Below, one piece after another: positions 35,040 through 37,879 of a stretch of DNA of 37,879 nt. Origin of the DNA: Devosia sp. Its GTDB lineage: Bacteria > Pseudomonadota > Alphaproteobacteria > Rhizobiales > Devosiaceae. The stretch is taken from positions 1-37,879 of the forward strand of contig DROE01000098.1 of the NCBI GenBank assembly GCA_011322005.1, given 5' to 3'. Position 1 is the first letter of the stretch; every line of letters begins with the position of its first letter. The notes beneath the pieces are model-generated. The model made no database searches, was not told the DNA's origin, and saw only the letters and a list, made by a program, of their open reading frames with translations. The position numbers and the translations under genes were made by a program.

Positions 35040-35261
35040 ATGGATAAGACAGAAATCAGCAAGCTGCAGGGCTTTTTGCGCCAAAGGTTTGGCAACTCCA
35101 GCATTGAGGTACGCTCACGCCCGCAAAAGACCGATTCATGCGAGGTCTATCTGGGCGATGAGTTTCTGGCTGTCATCTATGTAGATGACGAAGATGGTGA
35201 CCGGGACTATATTTTCCAGATGTCAATCCTGGAGATAGATGTTGAAGAGGTCGAACTGTAA
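35040..35261 (+). CDS. DUF3126-like small protein
   Basis: MDKTEISKLQGFLRQRFGNSSIEVRSRPQKTDSCEVYLGDEFLAVIYVDDEDGDRDY.... This is the typical alphaproteobacterial neighbour of cysE. Confidence 0.7.
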   Translation: MDKTEISKLQGFLRQRFGNSSIEVRSRPQKTDSCEVYLGDEFLAVIYVDDEDGDRDYIFQMSILEIDVEEVEL

Positions 35262-35273
35262 GCCCGCTTTTCC

Positions 35274-35963
35274 TCAAAGATTTGACGTCAGACCCATGTC
35301 GAGCAACCATGGCTCCATGGCGGCATCAAACTGCCGCCAGTATGCGAGTTGGTCGGAAGGGAACTGGTATGTCACCGCAATCTGATCCGGCAGGTAAACT
35401 GTGCGCAGGCAGGAGGCGGGGCGCTCTGGCTTCACCGCACTGATGCATTTTGCCACAAACGGCCGGGGCGACAGCGGATCGTACCACACGGTTTCGTTCT
35501 GGAATCCCTCTTCGCTTCTTAGAGGCTTTCCCACCAGCCCGACGGGGCCGCTGACCTGCTCAGATGTGAACTGTTTAATATATACCGTATCCAGCAGGTA
35601 GGCACTGGGTTGGGCGCCACTTGCCGGGGTCAACCTGATGTCTATCGGGGCCGGGGAGGCGTCCGGCGAGAGGCGAACCCCGATCTGCAGGTCGATCTGG
35701 TCGGAAAACTCGCCACTGGCGGGGGCCGGGGGGTGGAACCAGTCCGCGGGAATAAGCAAGGTCTTGCCCCCAAGGATCTGACTCACAAACGGAGCGGTGT
35801 AGGAGCTTGGTGCATCCTGGTTCTGCTCGCCTGCCATGTCATCAAGCATGTAGGAAACCCCAATCCCGAACAACAGCAGCAAAAGCGCTATTGCGGACAG
35901 GTTGAACGGCAGGGATGTGACGGACCTTTGTGATGCGCCGACCGGGGTGAAATCTTGTGCCAT
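35274..35963 (-). CDS. hypothetical N-terminally membrane-anchored protein
   Basis: 229-aa ORF with a single TM (LSAIALLLLLFGIGVSYML) followed by a ~180-aa soluble domain. I recognise no family. Third-position G/C use looks coding-like. Confidence 0.5.
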   Translation of the reverse strand: MAQDFTPVGASQRSVTSLPFNLSAIALLLLLFGIGVSYMLDDMAGEQNQDAPSSYTAPFVSQILGGKTLLIPADWFHPPAPASGEFSDQIDLQIGVRLSPDASPAPIDIRLTPASGAQPSAYLLDTVYIKQFTSEQVSGPVGLVGKPLRSEEGFQNETVWYDPLSPRPFVAKCISAVKPERPASCLRTVYLPDQIAVTYQFPSDQLAYWRQFDAAMEPWLLDMGLTSNL

Positions 35964-36065
35964 CTTGTATCGTTAACCAATTTTCCCAAGTTCAGGTGAC
36001 TTGGATTAGGGCACTGCATATACTTAATAAAATATTAACGCACAGCCCGATTTAGAAGGCTGTTC

Positions 36066-36416
36066 ATGCCTTTCTGGCGGGCGGGGTGTAGTTTCATGCT
36101 ATTCGAATTTTTTCTGGCTCTGTTCATAATGGCGGTCGGTTTGAGCGTCTCGGGCGCCGCAACCCATCTCTATCAGGGGGTCTACGGACAGGTCGCCTAT
36201 CTACGCTATGACGGAAAGAATTTTCTGGGCTCCGTCGGCCACCTGATTATGAGTTTTGTCTGCGGCCCCTTCATCATGATGCAAATGGGCTTTCAGCAAC
36301 AGGAAAATGGGGCGGTCTCCCTGCCCAACATGCTTCTGGGCTCACTTATTGCATTCGGCTGGAGTTTTATCAGTGGCTTGCTGTTCCTTGGCATCTATTT
36401 TGCCATCATCGGCTAG
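36066..36416 (+). CDS. hypothetical small membrane protein (3-4 TM)
   Basis: 116-aa ORF, ATG 8 nt after GAAGG, hydrophobic throughout. I recognise no family. Confidence 0.5.
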   Translation: MPFWRAGCSFMLFEFFLALFIMAVGLSVSGAATHLYQGVYGQVAYLRYDGKNFLGSVGHLIMSFVCGPFIMMQMGFQQQENGAVSLPNMLLGSLIAFGWSFISGLLFLGIYFAIIG

Positions 36417-36482
36417 GCTGCTAAACGCGTTGAGGGATGCGTTCCAAGGCAGTCAACGGTGTTTCTGACACGGGACAAGACG

Positions 36483-36520
36483 AAGGGCCGACCCGGGGGC
36501 AACGGGTCGGCCCTTGTTTT
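36483..36520 (+). terminator. rho-independent terminator
   Basis: Perfect 13-bp stem AAGGGCCGACCCG (36483-36495) / CGGGTCGGCCCTT (36503-36515), loop GGGGCAA, followed by GTTTT. Confidence 0.7.
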
Positions 36521-36663
36521 GCACCCGCTATCAGGGGTGCGGGTGCACGGTGCCCGGACAAACAGTGTACCCATCAAAGCCGGGGGGGATGGCTTGAAGC
36601 TGGAAGTACACTCCCGGGCCGGCGCGATGATGACTGAATAACACCGCACCTCTGCCGTTCGCC

Positions 36664-37299
36664 TTAGAGGGCAGCCAGTACGGACATGGGGCGGTTGTCG
36701 ACCATGTCCACCCAGATCCCTGCATGGGATTGGGACTGGCGTTTGATATACTCGTATGGGGTCTGGTTCCAGACCTTGATCAGCGGACGCAGATTATCGA
36801 GTACAAGGTCACCGCGATCGGTACGCACCAGCAACACCGCATGCCCGTCGCCGGAAGTCTGCCGGACAACCGAAATCAACAGTGTCGATGCAGGCCAGCC
36901 CCGCTCGATGAGGTCGCGGCGTTTGGCCAGCACAAAGTCTTCGCAATCTCCATAACCACGCGGATAGGTCCAGAATTCCTCGGTCTGATAAAGGTCCTCA
37001 TCAGTAACGGCGACAATAGACTGGTTGAACCCGGTGTTGACCTCAAGCAGTTCGTCCCAGCGTTCCTGGGTCAGTTGCACGGCTTCGGTTACCGATGCGT
37101 AGGCCTGACACTCCTGCGGCCGGGTCTGGCAAAACTGAGCGTGCCCGATGGGGATGGAGGTCTGCCCTGACACCTTGGCAAAGGCCGGATTGCTGAAATC
37201 CGTATTGCGAGAAGCCTGGGCCGGAGCAATCATTGTGGCCAGCGCCAGCAGCGCCAAGCCAAGTACGAATCTTATGTTTGTGGTTTTTTTCATTTTCAT
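36664..37299 (-). CDS. bacterial transglutaminase-like cysteine peptidase (BTLCP, LapG/C93 family), secreted
   Basis: ORF 36664..37335 trimmed to the ATG at 37299, which follows AGGGAGA. Signal peptide MKMKKTTNIRFVLGLALLALATMIAPAQA. Cys-His-Asp triad context: GYGDCEDFVLAKRRDL ... GDGHAVLLVRTDRGDLVLDN. Confidence 0.8.
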   Translation of the reverse strand: MKMKKTTNIRFVLGLALLALATMIAPAQASRNTDFSNPAFAKVSGQTSIPIGHAQFCQTRPQECQAYASVTEAVQLTQERWDELLEVNTGFNQSIVAVTDEDLYQTEEFWTYPRGYGDCEDFVLAKRRDLIERGWPASTLLISVVRQTSGDGHAVLLVRTDRGDLVLDNLRPLIKVWNQTPYEYIKRQSQSHAGIWVDMVDNRPMSVLAAL

Positions 37300-37535
37300 G
37301 TTCTCCCTGATGGAGAGCACGATAGGGGCAGCCAATTTCGTGTTTTACAAAATTGCTGTGCAGTTTTGAGGCAAATGCGAACTGTAGCATTAGGGAAATC
37401 TTAGCCATGAGAGGATGCTCGGAGCAGGTGGTGCCGGAGTGTCTGAGCGTGGAGAGCATCGGCCGCATCTTTCGTCATGCTCAGGCTGGGCGGTCGGCCT
37501 CTCGGGATTGCGCCGGTCCTGCTGGATCCAGCGGT

Positions 37536-37712
37536 TCAGCGTGGAAAACCGATAGCAAGATCGGCAGCCACCTGTCGACGGATCAAACCGCTCGTAAGCG
37601 CCAACCGCACAGCCTCAGCGCGGGACTCAGGGGTTGGTCTCTGTGCCATCACGTCTCTCCTTTGTGGCAGAATACCAAGTCAAAAGGGCGGAACAATTCC
37701 GGGACAGGTCCA
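37536..37712 (-). mobile_element. IS3-family remnant: putative left terminal repeat plus frameshifted, truncated OrfA (HTH) start
   Basis: The minus strand reads TGGACCTGTCCCGGAATTGTTCCGCC... (a TG-initiated IR-like end at 37712), then AAGGAGAG, then an ATG at 37649. Translation gives MAQRPTPESRAEAVRLALTSGLIRRQVAADLAIGFPR*. One extra T in the T4 run would give ...IGFSTLNRWIQQDRRN, the typical IS3 OrfA HTH. No OrfB is present. Confidence 0.55.
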
Positions 37713-37879
37713 CATTTTGCCGACGCATTCAGATTTCACCTATTCACTTCACACGCCTCGCTCTGCCAGACCCGATCGGCTGAAAACCGTTACCTTCTGG
37801 GAGGACTATAATCACTTTGAGCCAGAGGAATGGCTAAAAAGAATGCAAGGGGAGGGGCACAGGGTGTGCCTTCGGGCCA

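Noticed and set aside
37353-37811. A 152-aa plus-strand ORF at the right end
   Set aside because: It runs antisense through the IS3 OrfA remnant and its terminal repeat. It has no recognisable motifs.
37830-37879. A possible gene start (AGAGGA-N3-ATG, MAKKNARGGAQGVPSG...) running off the window end
   Set aside because: Only 16 codons are visible, which is too short to support a call.
1-37879. A scan for CRISPR arrays, tandem repeats, rRNA, and defence, toxin-antitoxin or phage modules
   Set aside because: I saw no regularly spaced repeats and no ORFs with nuclease, ATPase, methylase or toxin signatures outside the housekeeping genes listed. This was a scan by eye only, so short or diverged elements could have been missed.

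Overview
High-GC chromosomal segment that looks alphaproteobacterial (synteny: DUF2842-ctaA, rplM-rpsI, aminotransferase-hom-recJ, cysE-DUF3126). I support about 34 protein-coding genes or gene remnants and one tRNA. All family calls rest on motif recognition by eye; no database search was run.

Left to right:
(1) A taurine/sulfoacetaldehyde module: ackA (partial), xsc, tauR, and a divergent omega-aminotransferase (tpa-like). CTGGACYTAA-type direct repeats sit in front of both xsc and the aminotransferase.
(2) tRNA-Pro(GGG).
(3) A frameshifted APH-fold kinase gene.
(4) A compact six-gene Wzy-dependent surface-polysaccharide locus: Wzy-like polymerase, WbaP-type initiating transferase, GT4, short Wza lipoprotein, a PCP with a degenerate kinase-like domain, and a NodB-type deacetylase. 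Its gene content resembles unipolar-adhesin/holdfast-type loci.
(5) An 84-codon kduI remnant, inverted next to an intact kduD.
(6) Housekeeping genes: ctaA, rplM, rpsI, alaC-like, hom, recJ, gnd, cysE.
(7) A TetR/DUF2306 divergent pair with duplicated palindromic operators, and a GT1 glycosyltransferase.
(8) A cfa-family methyltransferase gene interrupted by one in-frame TAA.
(9) A minus-strand run of zf-CHCC, FAD monooxygenase, TetA-like MFS and GNAT.
(10) Two hypothetical membrane proteins, an orphan BTLCP (LapG-family) periplasmic cysteine peptidase, and a truncated, frameshifted IS3-family remnant.

I saw no CRISPR array, rRNA, integrase, prophage genes, or recognisable defence or toxin-antitoxin system. 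The most interesting items are the adhesin-like polysaccharide locus with its pseudokinase PCP, the regulon architecture of the taurine genes, the N-terminally extended homoserine dehydrogenase, and the unusually high density of gene-inactivating lesions (four in about 38 kb).
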